DNA of 39,689 nt, from positions 1 to 39,689 of the IMG/VR virus record IMGVR_UViG_3300027192_000171; one strand, given 5' to 3'. Source of the DNA: a virus (Duplodnaviria; Caudoviricetes). A model generated the notes under the pieces. That model was not told where the DNA came from. It searched no databases and saw only the letters and a program-made list of their open reading frames with translations. Positions 9,841 to 18,568 of this stretch are shown here, piece by piece (position 1 is the stretch's first letter; each line of letters opens with the position of its first letter). Both the position numbers and the translations under genes were made by a program.

Positions 9841-10785
9841 ATGAGCGACGAAAAAGATCTAAACTTAAACGACGAGTATAAAAAGATTGTAGAGTCTCAG
9901 GAAAATTCTACAAAAAATCCTACAGATTTAGGTAAAGTAGACATGGATCGTTTTAAGCAATCTGAAGCAACAGATGCTGATCTAGTTTTAGGATATCATT
10001 CTGTCAATATCGCAAATTTACCATCAGCTGGTATGTTTTACCCAAAGGGAACAGAAATTTCTATTCGTTCTGCTAAAGTTGCAGAGATTAGACATTTCTC
10101 TTCAATTGATGAAAATAATGTATTAGATGTTGATGATAAATTGAATTATATTCTAGAACAATGTGTTAGAGTAACTAATTCAAAAACTAGAATGTCATAT
10201 AAAGATATTTGTGAAGAAGATCGTTTTTATGTAATTCTATCTATTAGAGATTTAACGTTTCCAGAACCAGAATCTAATTTAACAGTAGAACATACTGATA
10301 AAAAGGGAGCTAAGCATGTCGTTGAAATTAAGAAGGATAATTTCACATACTTTAAAGTTCCAGAGACTTTAGATAAGTATTATGATTCTGATGCACGTAC
10401 TTTTCTTATTGAAACAAAGTCATTTGGTACAATTGAAATGAGACCACCTTCAATTGGTATCATGCAACGTATGACAGCATATATTAAAGATCGTCAAGAA
10501 AAGAATGAAAAAATTGATCAGTCTGTTCTTCAAATTATGCCATATTTGGCAAACGAATGGAGAGGATTTTCTGATAGAGATATCTTTAAGTTTGAAGTTG
10601 AAATGAATGGTTGGTCAAATAAAAAATATAGCTTAATTTACAAGTTGGCTGAACAAATGAAGGTTGGTATTAAACCAGACATGGAAGTACAGATTGGGGA
10701 TGAGTGGGAGGTCGTCCCTATCGGGTTTCGCGACGGCATCAAGTCTCTTTTCATTGTTCAAGATATCGCTGGAGAACTTCTTTAA
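9841..10785 (+). CDS. Baseplate hub / tail assembly chaperone (gp26-like)
   Basis: LPSAGMFYP...ISIRS.KV.E and DR.YVILSIR.LTF motifs; lies between tube and tape measure. Confidence 0.7.
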   Translation: MSDEKDLNLNDEYKKIVESQENSTKNPTDLGKVDMDRFKQSEATDADLVLGYHSVNIANLPSAGMFYPKGTEISIRSAKVAEIRHFSSIDENNVLDVDDKLNYILEQCVRVTNSKTRMSYKDICEEDRFYVILSIRDLTFPEPESNLTVEHTDKKGAKHVVEIKKDNFTYFKVPETLDKYYDSDARTFLIETKSFGTIEMRPPSIGIMQRMTAYIKDRQEKNEKIDQSVLQIMPYLANEWRGFSDRDIFKFEVEMNGWSNKKYSLIYKLAEQMKVGIKPDMEVQIGDEWEVVPIGFRDGIKSLFIVQDIAGELL

Positions 10786-11005
10786 AACAAAGTTCTACAT
10801 ATATCATCACTTACATATCCAACCTTCTGAATTAGAAGCAATGGAATACTATGAATTCCATTATTTAATGAAAGATCTAGTTGAATTCTTGAAAAAGCAA
10901 AATGAGCAAAATCAAGGAGAAAAAGATCAAACAGGAGAAATGATGAGTAAGATGAAAATACCAAATATGAAAGTACCAAACATGAAGGTTCCATCACTCA
11001 GATAG
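10754..11005 (+). CDS. gp51-like baseplate assembly protein; start uncertain (TTG 10754, or fusion to the upstream gene by frameshift)
   Basis: LENFFKTKF...HHLH..PSELE.M.Y.E resembles gp51-like proteins of T4-like phages; in the +1 frame relative to the upstream gene. Confidence 0.6.
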   Translation: MFKISLENFFKTKFYIYHHLHIQPSELEAMEYYEFHYLMKDLVEFLKKQNEQNQGEKDQTGEMMSKMKIPNMKVPNMKVPSLR

Positions 11006-11017
11006 TGATGGAACCTT
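10985..11017 (+). terminator. Perfect 14-bp hairpin over the stop codon
   Basis: AAGGTTCCATCACT-CAGAT-AGTGATGGAACCTT; short T tail only. Confidence 0.5.
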
Positions 11018-11018
11018 T

Positions 11019-11026
11019 GATATATA
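11019..11026 (+). promoter_or_regulatory. Putative late promoter GATATATA
   Basis: 30 nt upstream of the tape measure ATG. Confidence 0.55.
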
Positions 11027-11056
11027 GGGTATAATTAAAATAGGATTAACTTCTAC

Positions 11057-13312
11057 ATGAAAATATTATTAGCTCCACTTACTAAAATTGCAAATTTAAT
11101 CGAAGACCAAAAGGAAATGGTCAAAGAAGTTCATGCATTTTTAACAGTGGATCTTAAGAAAGTAACCGTAGATAACTCAAAGGAGTTAAAAAAGCAAACA
11201 ATCTTATTAACAGATATTAGAGATTTATTAAAGGAACAAATTAAGCAAAAGCAATCTGAACAATCAGGTAAAGCTCCTAAAATTAAATTACCAGGAATTA
11301 TTGGAGGTATTGGTGTAGGTTTAGCTATAGTAACCATGGCAGCCGCGTTAGTAGCCGCTGCCGGTATTTTTACTTTAATGCCAAGTGTTTCAGCTAGTCA
11401 AATATTAACAGCTCTAGCCATAGGTGCCGTGTTTGTAATATTAACCCCAATGTTTGTAGATATTCAAGAATCTCTCAGGGGTGGAGGAGTAATTAGTAGA
11501 CTTATTGGAAGGGCTGGAGGAGTTGGAGTTGGAAGCACTAAAGAAATGCTTAAAGGCACGGGTGGCGTTGCTCTTGCAATGATTTCTATGGCCTTAGGCG
11601 TTATGGCATCTTCCTTTATTCTTTCAGCAATTAAACCAATTACCTTTACTCAATTTGCAACGGCAACTCTCATTGGATTTGCTTTTATTCCACTTTCGTT
11701 TGCATTCGCACAAATTATTAAAGGTTTACAAAGAGCTAGAGTAGGAATGGATGCTAAAGGATTTAAACGCCTAGGTATGGTTACTCTATCTATGACTGCA
11801 ATGGCATTAGGTATTGCTATGGTTGCAAGAATATGGAATTTTACGATGCCAGATGAGTTTGTTAAATTACCAAGTTTGGGTTGGACTCTTAAAGCAGGTT
11901 TGCTTATTTGGATCTTTAGTGCAGGTTTTTCAAAAATCTTAAAAACAATCAAAGGAGTATCCGTTAAAGATATGGTATTTGCTACTCTAGCACTTCCTCT
12001 TCTTGCAATTTCATTAGTTGGTGTAGCATGGATATTTCAATACTTCAGTGAAGTTAGTCAATGGGTAGCACCCCCAATCGAGTGGACATTAAAGGCTGGT
12101 TTAGCAATGCTAGTTTTTGGATTACCTTTTGTCGCAATTTCAATGATTGCCAAAAGAGCAGGTATTAAAGGACTATTATTAGGTGCTCTTGCAATTGGAT
12201 TAATTGGAGTTTCTATTTTAGCATCTGCATGGATATTCTCATATCTTGCAGGAGTTGAATTTATTGCCCCTCCAACTGAATGGGCTATTGCAGCTGCATT
12301 GGCAATCACAATATTTGCAATTCCGTTGACGATTATTGGATTAATAGCAACTAGTGGAGTAGGTGCAGTAGGTCTTCTTTTAGGAGCTGCGGGTATTATT
12401 CTAATTGCAGGTACTATGTGGGTTGTTGCATGGATTTTTAGTAAATTACCAGATTTAAGTGCAATTTCAAAGAATTTTACAGATGCTCTAATGTATCCTG
12501 TTAATGCAATGATTGATTCTTTAGCAAGATTTAAGAATGAAATAGGTATTGAAAATATGATACCTTTAGCTGGAGGACTACTCGCAATCGCAGGAGGTTG
12601 GTTAGCTTTAACAGCTGCTCTTGCTGGAACTGCAGTAGGAGGTTTAATTCAAGGTGTTGCAAATGTTGGAACAGCTATCTTAGATGGGATTAGTGGATTA
12701 TTTGGTGGTGGTAAAACCAAATCACCAATCGATCTATTAGATATGTTAATCGCTAGATCAGAGGGTATTAAAGCACTCGCAAACCCAGTAAAGGAATTAG
12801 GAAAAGGATTTGCACAAATGACAAGATTTACTGAATCAGTCATTAGAAGCGTAACAGCTTTCTCTCCATTTTTAGATGGAATAAAAGCACAAAACTTTAC
12901 TACGAGTGCAAACGCGGCTACCATCCTTGCAGCGGCATATAGTTCAATGGCAGCTTCAAGTAAATTAATGAATGTTCCTGCATTACAAGCTTCTGCTAGA
13001 ATGTTTGAAGCAATTGCTAAAATCGCAGAAAATAAAGGCCAAGACGCAATTTCAGAATTAGCAGAATCGTTAATGGCAGCAGTCAAAGAATTATCAGAAA
13101 CAGTTAAGAATCTTGAAGACGCATCGTCAGGCCAACAAGAAGGAATTAAAGATGCAATTTCTGGAGCAATGTCTTCATTCATTGATAGGATTAAAGGTAA
13201 GACTGATGAGACAGGTAAAGAAACTGGTCTTGTTGATATTGAACCAATTGTACTTGCAATTCAAGAACTAGAAGAACGATTCGATCGAGCGATTAAGGTA
13301 CAAGCCATTTAA
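11057..13312 (+). CDS. Tape measure protein
   Basis: 751 aa, Ala/Gly/hydrophobic-rich, repeated P..W.L.AGL units, follows the chaperone pair. Confidence 0.7.
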   Translation: MKILLAPLTKIANLIEDQKEMVKEVHAFLTVDLKKVTVDNSKELKKQTILLTDIRDLLKEQIKQKQSEQSGKAPKIKLPGIIGGIGVGLAIVTMAAALVAAAGIFTLMPSVSASQILTALAIGAVFVILTPMFVDIQESLRGGGVISRLIGRAGGVGVGSTKEMLKGTGGVALAMISMALGVMASSFILSAIKPITFTQFATATLIGFAFIPLSFAFAQIIKGLQRARVGMDAKGFKRLGMVTLSMTAMALGIAMVARIWNFTMPDEFVKLPSLGWTLKAGLLIWIFSAGFSKILKTIKGVSVKDMVFATLALPLLAISLVGVAWIFQYFSEVSQWVAPPIEWTLKAGLAMLVFGLPFVAISMIAKRAGIKGLLLGALAIGLIGVSILASAWIFSYLAGVEFIAPPTEWAIAAALAITIFAIPLTIIGLIATSGVGAVGLLLGAAGIILIAGTMWVVAWIFSKLPDLSAISKNFTDALMYPVNAMIDSLARFKNEIGIENMIPLAGGLLAIAGGWLALTAALAGTAVGGLIQGVANVGTAILDGISGLFGGGKTKSPIDLLDMLIARSEGIKALANPVKELGKGFAQMTRFTESVIRSVTAFSPFLDGIKAQNFTTSANAATILAAAYSSMAASSKLMNVPALQASARMFEAIAKIAENKGQDAISELAESLMAAVKELSETVKNLEDASSGQQEGIKDAISGAMSSFIDRIKGKTDETGKETGLVDIEPIVLAIQELEERFDRAIKVQAI

Positions 13313-13316
13313 TTTG

Positions 13317-13343
13317 AAACTTTTTTAGAGATGTAGATATAAT
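13317..13343 (+). promoter_or_regulatory. Putative middle-class promoter AAAC-N17-TATAAT
   Basis: Same spacing in six copies in the window. Confidence 0.6.
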
Positions 13344-13359
13344 TATAAAATTATATACT

Positions 13360-13740
13360 ATGTCAGACACAATTCTTCTCATCGCAGCGCTAATTTATAT
13401 TGCAGGTGATTTCGTTTGGTCAAACGCCGTTCGTAAGCGTATCCAAAACTTAGAACAACACGCTACGAATCTTCAATCTATTTTAGATCGAAGTGATAAG
13501 CTTCAAACCCTTTCAATCGAAGAACTTAATAAATTTGTGATTCAAAATACAAAGGATTTAGAAGCTTCTATGATTTCACAAATTCGTCGAATTGAAACTA
13601 CTACATCACTAGATTTACAACAACTTACATCTGATTTGGATCGCACAATTGCTTCAATTGATTCCATTCAAGAAAAGATTGCAGAACTTGAAGTTAGCAC
13701 CCAAAATATTCAAAACAACGTAAATCGATTAATGTCATGA
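13360..13740 (+). CDS. Membrane-anchored coiled-coil protein
   Basis: N-terminal hydrophobic helix followed by heptad-like sequence. Confidence 0.65.
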   Translation: MSDTILLIAALIYIAGDFVWSNAVRKRIQNLEQHATNLQSILDRSDKLQTLSIEELNKFVIQNTKDLEASMISQIRRIETTTSLDLQQLTSDLDRTIASIDSIQEKIAELEVSTQNIQNNVNRLMS

Positions 13741-13919
13741 AAGACCAAATCGTAGCAAGACTCTTGGAGCAGGGTCATATCACAGCGCAAGAAGCTGTAG
13801 TTCTTCTTAAAGAATATTCAACTCCAGTATATAGTCCTTCACCTGTATCACCATATCCAACTTGGCCAGGAGATCAATACAAAGTATGGTGCCAAACTGA
13901 TACAAATAATAATGGGTAG
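13737..13919 (+). CDS. Hypothetical protein
   Basis: ATGA overlap with the upstream gene. Confidence 0.65.
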   Translation: MKDQIVARLLEQGHITAQEAVVLLKEYSTPVYSPSPVSPYPTWPGDQYKVWCQTDTNNNG

Positions 13920-14127
13920 TTTATTAGATAAAATTCACGAAATGGAAGAGGATGGAACTCTTCCAGTATTTGACCCCACAAGCGCTAGTCAAGTTCTATA
14001 TAGAGCTTCCACATTTGGCCTTAAAACCATGGTAATGTATGATGCTATGGATCTCATTAGAGAAGAACCGAATCTAACAAATGAAGAAGCCATCTTACAG
14101 TGTGCTAAAAAATGGAAAGTAATTTAA
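13912..14127 (+). CDS. Hypothetical protein
   Basis: Packed, overlapping ORF. Confidence 0.65.
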   Translation: MGSLLDKIHEMEEDGTLPVFDPTSASQVLYRASTFGLKTMVMYDAMDLIREEPNLTNEEAILQCAKKWKVI

Positions 14128-14128
14128 T

Positions 14129-14692
14129 ATGGAAGTTAAAAAATTTAATATTAAAGGTTTAATAGAGTTTCAACCCAAGATCTTTACAGATAACAGAGGT
14201 CAGTTCATTGAAACATTCAACGAGGAGCTACTAGGATCACTTGGTTTTAATCATCACTTTAAACAAGATAATCAATCTATCTCAAAGGCAGGTGTCTTTA
14301 GAGGCATCCATTTACAGCTTGATCCTTATGCTCAAGGGAAGTTGGTTCGAGTTGCTAAAGGAAGTGCAATTGATTACGCAGTTGATTTGCGTCCAAATTC
14401 TGAAACATTTGGTCAATGGCAAAGTGTCGTTTTAACTGCAGAAAAAGGAAATCAATTTTGGGTTCCTGCTGGATTTGGTCATGCATTCCTTGCGCTCGAA
14501 GACGATACAATCTTCTGCTATAAATGTACTGAGGTGTACGCACCGAATCACCAGGTTAGCATTAGATGGGACGATTCAGATATTAGATTAGATATACCAG
14601 TTGAAAACGTAGATGTCTCAGAGAAGGACCAGAATGCCTTATACCTTATTGAGTATATTCAACAACTTAAGCAAATATCGGCCATCGTATGA
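14129..14692 (+). CDS. rmlC: dTDP-4-dehydrorhamnose 3,5-epimerase
   Basis: DNRG.F.E, QDNQS.S, RGIH.Q, QGKLVRV, VDLR..S.TFG.W, GFGHAF, YKC motifs. Confidence 0.95.
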   Translation: MEVKKFNIKGLIEFQPKIFTDNRGQFIETFNEELLGSLGFNHHFKQDNQSISKAGVFRGIHLQLDPYAQGKLVRVAKGSAIDYAVDLRPNSETFGQWQSVVLTAEKGNQFWVPAGFGHAFLALEDDTIFCYKCTEVYAPNHQVSIRWDDSDIRLDIPVENVDVSEKDQNALYLIEYIQQLKQISAIV

Positions 14693-14910
14693 TAGAGTTT
14701 ACAGGATATTTAGCAACTTTTCTTGTAATGTTATCTTTTATGATGAAGAACGTTACTCGCCTAAGAATTATTAATACGATTGGTTGTGCAACATGGGTTG
14801 TTTATGGAATAATGCTCGAAAGCAACCCAGTTATCGTTACTAATATTGGCATTCTGGCCATCAACACTGGTCACTTACTTAGAAACTATTTAAATAAAAG
14901 TATAAAATAA
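14689..14910 (+). CDS. YgjV-like small inner-membrane protein
   Basis: GY.A...V..SF.MK....LR.IN..GC..W..YG....PV..TN pattern; three TM segments. Confidence 0.65.
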   Translation: MIEFTGYLATFLVMLSFMMKNVTRLRIINTIGCATWVVYGIMLESNPVIVTNIGILAINTGHLLRNYLNKSIK

Positions 14911-14918
14911 TTTTAGAA

Positions 14919-15143
14919 ATGGAAAAATTAATCACAATGTTAGGTAGTTTAATTGGAATTTTGGTCTTGGCAGTTATCGTAGCTGTTATCGTAGCTTGGC
15001 CTGTTCAATTATTGTGGAACATGTTTTTAGTTCCAGCAGTTGAAGGAATTAATTCAATTGGATTCTGGCAAGCTTTAGGAATTACTGTATTATTTAATAT
15101 TCTATTTAAACCATCAATACCTTCTCGTAAAAATGATCAATAA
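14919..15143 (+). CDS. Small membrane protein
   Basis: Two hydrophobic helices; LWN...P...I.FWQA.G motif. Confidence 0.7.
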   Translation: MEKLITMLGSLIGILVLAVIVAVIVAWPVQLLWNMFLVPAVEGINSIGFWQALGITVLFNILFKPSIPSRKNDQ

Positions 15144-15372
15144 GGTAACTGAAATCTTTCAAGCTTGGCGTATTTCATATAGTCCAGAAGCTGATCAAGC
15201 TGAACTTGCAGCTGAGCGTATTCAAATTTGTAATTCATGTGAATTTAAGCGCGATAATCCGGTAGTTCATTGTTCTGCATGTGGTTGTGCATTAAAGAAA
15301 AAGATTTATTCACCCGTCAAAGGAGCTTGTCCTAAGGGTCTTTGGAATGAAGTAGACGAAAAATTATTGTAA
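15133..15372 (+). CDS. Cys-rich putative zinc-binding protein (DUF6171-like)
   Basis: R..IC..C...C..CGC...CP...W. Confidence 0.65.
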   Translation: MINKVTEIFQAWRISYSPEADQAELAAERIQICNSCEFKRDNPVVHCSACGCALKKKIYSPVKGACPKGLWNEVDEKLL

Positions 15373-15430
15373 AATAATTAACCCGAGATTTTTTAGTCTC
15401 GGGTTTTTTGTTTATATTAGTACTATAATT
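15371..15430 (+). promoter_or_regulatory. Early-class promoter with embedded terminator-like hairpin
   Basis: AAAATAATT-N33-TATATTAG; stem AACCCGAGA/TCTCGGGTT plus T run. Confidence 0.7.
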
Positions 15431-15443
15431 AAAAGATACAGAC

Positions 15444-15680
15444 ATGGTATTAGATTTAACTAAAGAAATGGCTTGGATTACTTTCTTCAACGATGGTTGG
15501 GAAAAGAAATGGTATCCTATTTTAGACCCTATCACAGGTCAACAATTGGCATTTGATGATACGATTATGGACCGATGCCGAGCTCAATACAACGGAGCAA
15601 ATGGTGGTGTGTGGACATACTTTGGTATCGCCCAAACATCACAAATGATAATGGGAAACTCAGTACGAGATAATTTATAA
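15444..15680 (+). CDS. Hypothetical protein
   Basis: First ORF after the early-class element. Confidence 0.7.
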   Translation: MVLDLTKEMAWITFFNDGWEKKWYPILDPITGQQLAFDDTIMDRCRAQYNGANGGVWTYFGIAQTSQMIMGNSVRDNL

Positions 15681-15683
15681 GAT

Positions 15684-16136
15684 ATGAAAAAAGTAGTAAT
15701 TTTCGATTTAGATGGCACGTTAGCCATCATCGATAAGCGTCGAGCTAAAGCAGAACTTCCAAATGGTAAAATGAACTGGAAAGAATTCTTTGCTCCAGAG
15801 AATATTCAATTAGATGAACCAAATTGGCCAGTGATTGAAAGCTTCAAAGCAATGAGAGCAGCTGGATTCATTGTTGGAATATTCAGTGGTCGTGATGATA
15901 TTAGTCGAGACGAAACACTAGATTGGTTAACACAACATGGAATCGACCCAATGTTCTTAAGAATGCGTCGCAATGGAAGCTTTGTACCGGATGATAAGTT
16001 AAAAAAACTTTGGTTAGATGATCTACTTGCAAGCGATAATCAGATCTTATGTGTTTTTGACGATCGAGACAAAGTTGTCAAGATGTGGCGTGAGAATGGT
16101 ATCTCATGTTTCCAAGTAAATTATGGCAACTTTTAG
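15684..16136 (+). CDS. HAD-family polynucleotide 3'-phosphatase (T4 PseT C-domain-like)
   Basis: FDLDGTLA, SGR, K, VFDDR..VV.MWR..G..CFQV..G.F. Confidence 0.9.
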   Translation: MKKVVIFDLDGTLAIIDKRRAKAELPNGKMNWKEFFAPENIQLDEPNWPVIESFKAMRAAGFIVGIFSGRDDISRDETLDWLTQHGIDPMFLRMRRNGSFVPDDKLKKLWLDDLLASDNQILCVFDDRDKVVKMWRENGISCFQVNYGNF

Positions 16137-16146
16137 AAATCTCCAC

Positions 16147-16185
16147 TAGCATTAAAGATATATAAATAAAATGTCTTTAATGCTA
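16147..16185 (+). promoter_or_regulatory. Hairpin occluding the translation start, containing a late promoter
   Basis: TAGCATTAAAGA (16147-58) / TCTTTAATGCTA (16174-85); includes GATATATAAATA; ends on the A of ATG. Confidence 0.7.
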
Positions 16186-16853
16186 TGGAATTTTATTTAA
16201 TTTACAAAACTACAAATTTACTAAACAATAAAATCTATATTGGTTCACATAGAACTGATAATATAGAAGATGATTATTTAGGTTCAGGAACTTTATTAAA
16301 ACAAGCAATTAAAAAATACGGTAAAGAAAACTTTATTAAAGAAATACTATACGTATTTGATAATGCTGATGAGATGGTTCAAATGGAAAGAAAATTAGTA
16401 AACGAAGAATTTATAAATCAAAGAAATACCTATAATATGGAAATAGGAGGATCTGGTGGAAAAATATGGACTAAAGAACTTAGAGCTAAAATGTCTGATT
16501 CTAAAAAAGGTTCAACACCATGGAATAAAGGTAAAAAAACAGGACCTCTTTCAGAAGAACAAAAGCAAAAAATGTCTGAAATGTTTTCTGGTGAAAATAA
16601 TCCAATGTATGGAAAACCTTCATATTATAAAATGACTGAATCTGAAAAAAAACAATGGGCATCTAATATATCTAAAGGAAATAAGGGTAAAGTTAGAACG
16701 GATGAACAAAAAAAGAATTATAGTAAAGCAGCTTCTGCTAGAATTTGGTTAGTTAATAAAGATGGTAGAATAACACACACTACTAACCCAAATGACCCTA
16801 GAATAAATTCAAAAGATTGGCAAAGGGGTAGAGTATGGAAACAAGAGAATTAG
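16185..16853 (+). mobile_element. Free-standing GIY-YIG homing endonuclease (Seg-like) with NUMOD3-type repeats
   Basis: LIYKTTN..N.KIYIG.H, YLGSG, YG.ENF.KEIL, YN...GG; KMS..KKG and GENNPMYGK repeats. Confidence 0.92.
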
Positions 16854-16886
16854 TGATTTGATTAACATTTATAAAGAATTAGCATT

Positions 16887-17288
16887 ATGAATGAATTAAT
16901 TTTAGTTCGTGGACTTCCAGGAAGTGGCAAGTCAACCTTTGCAAAATCATTAGGTGGAGTACATATCGAAACAGATATGTTCTTCATACAAGATGGTGAG
17001 TATAGGTTTGATGGTACTAAGTTAAAAGAAGCCCATGAATGGTGTCAAAATGAGGTCAACACTATGATGATCTTAAATCATACTACTGGCACCAATAAGA
17101 GAATTGTAGTGTCGAATACATTTACTCAAGAATGGGAAATGCAGGCATACTACGATTTGGCTAAAAGCTATGATTATCAAATTACTTCTATTATTGTAGA
17201 GAATCGTCATGGTGGTGAAAATATTCATGGAGTTCCAGTTGAGGCAATGGACCGCATGGAAAAAAGATTTGAAATTAAATTAAGATAA
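16887..17288 (+). CDS. P-loop polynucleotide 5'-kinase-like protein (AAA_33)
   Basis: LILVRGLPGSGKSTFA, VVSNTF, HGVP motifs. Confidence 0.85.
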   Translation: MNELILVRGLPGSGKSTFAKSLGGVHIETDMFFIQDGEYRFDGTKLKEAHEWCQNEVNTMMILNHTTGTNKRIVVSNTFTQEWEMQAYYDLAKSYDYQITSIIVENRHGGENIHGVPVEAMDRMEKRFEIKLR

Positions 17289-17298
17289 AGAAAAAAGA

Positions 17299-17306
17299 GA
17301 TATATA
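17299..17306 (+). promoter_or_regulatory. Putative late promoter GATATATA
   Basis: Upstream of the two MKHVKLFE genes. Confidence 0.55.
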
Positions 17307-17330
17307 AACTATAAAATATATCAGAAGACT

Positions 17331-17657
17331 ATGAAACACGTAAAACTATTCGAAGCTTTTATAAACGAAAGCTCAACACTATCAACAATCGGTGCTACAC
17401 CTGCACAAGTATCTGCAATTCACAAATCAAAATTTAATGAATCTAAAGGTAGATTAACTTTTAAGGATTTAGAGATAGGTGATGAATTTTTAATATTTGG
17501 TGAAAATGGTCAACTTTGGGTAAAAACATCAGTCAGGCAAGCCAAATTTGTAAAAAATGTGGGTAAAAAAACAGCCCCATATTATAAAAAATATGGTAGT
17601 TTAAATGTATTCCCACATACAATGGATGTTACTTTACCAAACGATACTTACCAATAA
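17331..17657 (+). CDS. Putative internal head protein (MKHVKLFEAFINE leader)
   Basis: Leader shared with 17669 and 35104; function inferred. Confidence 0.55.
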   Translation: MKHVKLFEAFINESSTLSTIGATPAQVSAIHKSKFNESKGRLTFKDLEIGDEFLIFGENGQLWVKTSVRQAKFVKNVGKKTAPYYKKYGSLNVFPHTMDVTLPNDTYQ

Positions 17658-17668
17658 AAAAATCAATT

Positions 17669-17980
17669 ATGAAACACGTAAAATTATTTGAACAATTTGT
17701 AAATGAAATGGATGCAAAAGTGATAACCCGACAATATGGTGGTTCCAACGATTCAGAATTTTTGAAAATCGTATGGCACATGGAAATTAAAGATCTCCAA
17801 GACCTATTAGACCGTTCAGAAAAAGATTTGAAATGGTTAAAGGCAAACTCTAGAGGAGGTGCTGGAATGTTCCGTAGAAAAGATGCTTTTATAGTTGGAG
17901 ATAGAGTAAAATGGATTAAAGATATTATATCACAGAAGGAACAAAATCCAGATTATGTACCAGATTTATATAAAAAGTAA
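17669..17980 (+). CDS. Putative internal head protein (MKHVKLFEQFVNE leader)
   Basis: Same leader, unrelated body. Confidence 0.55.
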   Translation: MKHVKLFEQFVNEMDAKVITRQYGGSNDSEFLKIVWHMEIKDLQDLLDRSEKDLKWLKANSRGGAGMFRRKDAFIVGDRVKWIKDIISQKEQNPDYVPDLYKK

Positions 17981-18067
17981 ATTTTGCGAAACTCCAGTAA
18001 TTAAATATGGTTCTAAAAGTATTTTGAAAAACTTAGAAGTTTGGCGTTCATAAGTTAAACTTTTTTG

Positions 18068-18127
18068 AAAATAATTGACCCGACATTTTTTTATGTCGGG
18101 TTTTTTTCTTATATTAGTATTGTAATT
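18068..18127 (+). promoter_or_regulatory. Early-class promoter with hairpin
   Basis: AAAATAATT-N33-TATATTAG; stem ACCCGACAT/ATGTCGGGT plus T run. Confidence 0.7.
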
Positions 18128-18156
18128 GAGAGGGTAATCAATTAAAAACTAAAATT

Positions 18157-18522
18157 ATGAAAACGTTTACTATTTACAACAAAGAAGCTAAGACCATCGC
18201 TGAAGACAAAGAATTCAACAATGGATACGAAGCTGATAAGTACACTAAAGAAACTTACGGCGAAGGCTGGTCAACTGTGATAGCTGAAAGAGCTTTTGCA
18301 TTCAGTGATGATTTCGTTGCAATGTTGAAAGACGGAGACAACGAAAGATTCTTAAAGAACCACAACAGCAAATTTGCTGGTATCTTCTCAGAAGACGGCA
18401 AGACTTTGTACACTGCTGGTAATATTAAAATCACTGAGTACATCTACTTGTGGAAAGAATTCAACATCGTTGATTTGTCCAGAAAAGAGTTTATCAAAAT
18501 GTGGAATTCTTTAGCAAAATAA
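18157..18522 (+). CDS. Hypothetical early protein
   Basis: 121 aa; many C-ending codons (TAC, AAC, TTC, ATC) suggest high expression. Confidence 0.75.
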   Translation: MKTFTIYNKEAKTIAEDKEFNNGYEADKYTKETYGEGWSTVIAERAFAFSDDFVAMLKDGDNERFLKNHNSKFAGIFSEDGKTLYTAGNIKITEYIYLWKEFNIVDLSRKEFIKMWNSLAK

Positions 18523-18568
18523 TTGCCAAAGAATTTTTATTTGTCGTCAGAATTTGTTATATTTACAT
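18516..18568 (+). promoter_or_regulatory. Early-class promoter, no hairpin
   Basis: AAAATAATT-N33-TATATTTA, ending 3 nt before ATG 18569. Confidence 0.6.

Noticed and set aside
11131-13182. Minus-strand ORFs (up to 177 aa) opposite the tape measure gene
   Set aside because: Antisense shadows of Ala/Gly/Ile-rich codons; no motifs or promoters. The same applies to the other minus-strand ORFs in the track.
13360-13919. Spanin pair after the tape measure gene
   Set aside because: The first protein is TM plus coiled coil, but the overlapping ORF has no signal peptide or lipobox.
16137-16886. Group I intron or split gene around the GIY-YIG endonuclease
   Set aside because: Flanks are only 48 and 33 nt, too short for a ribozyme core, and both neighbours have complete native termini.
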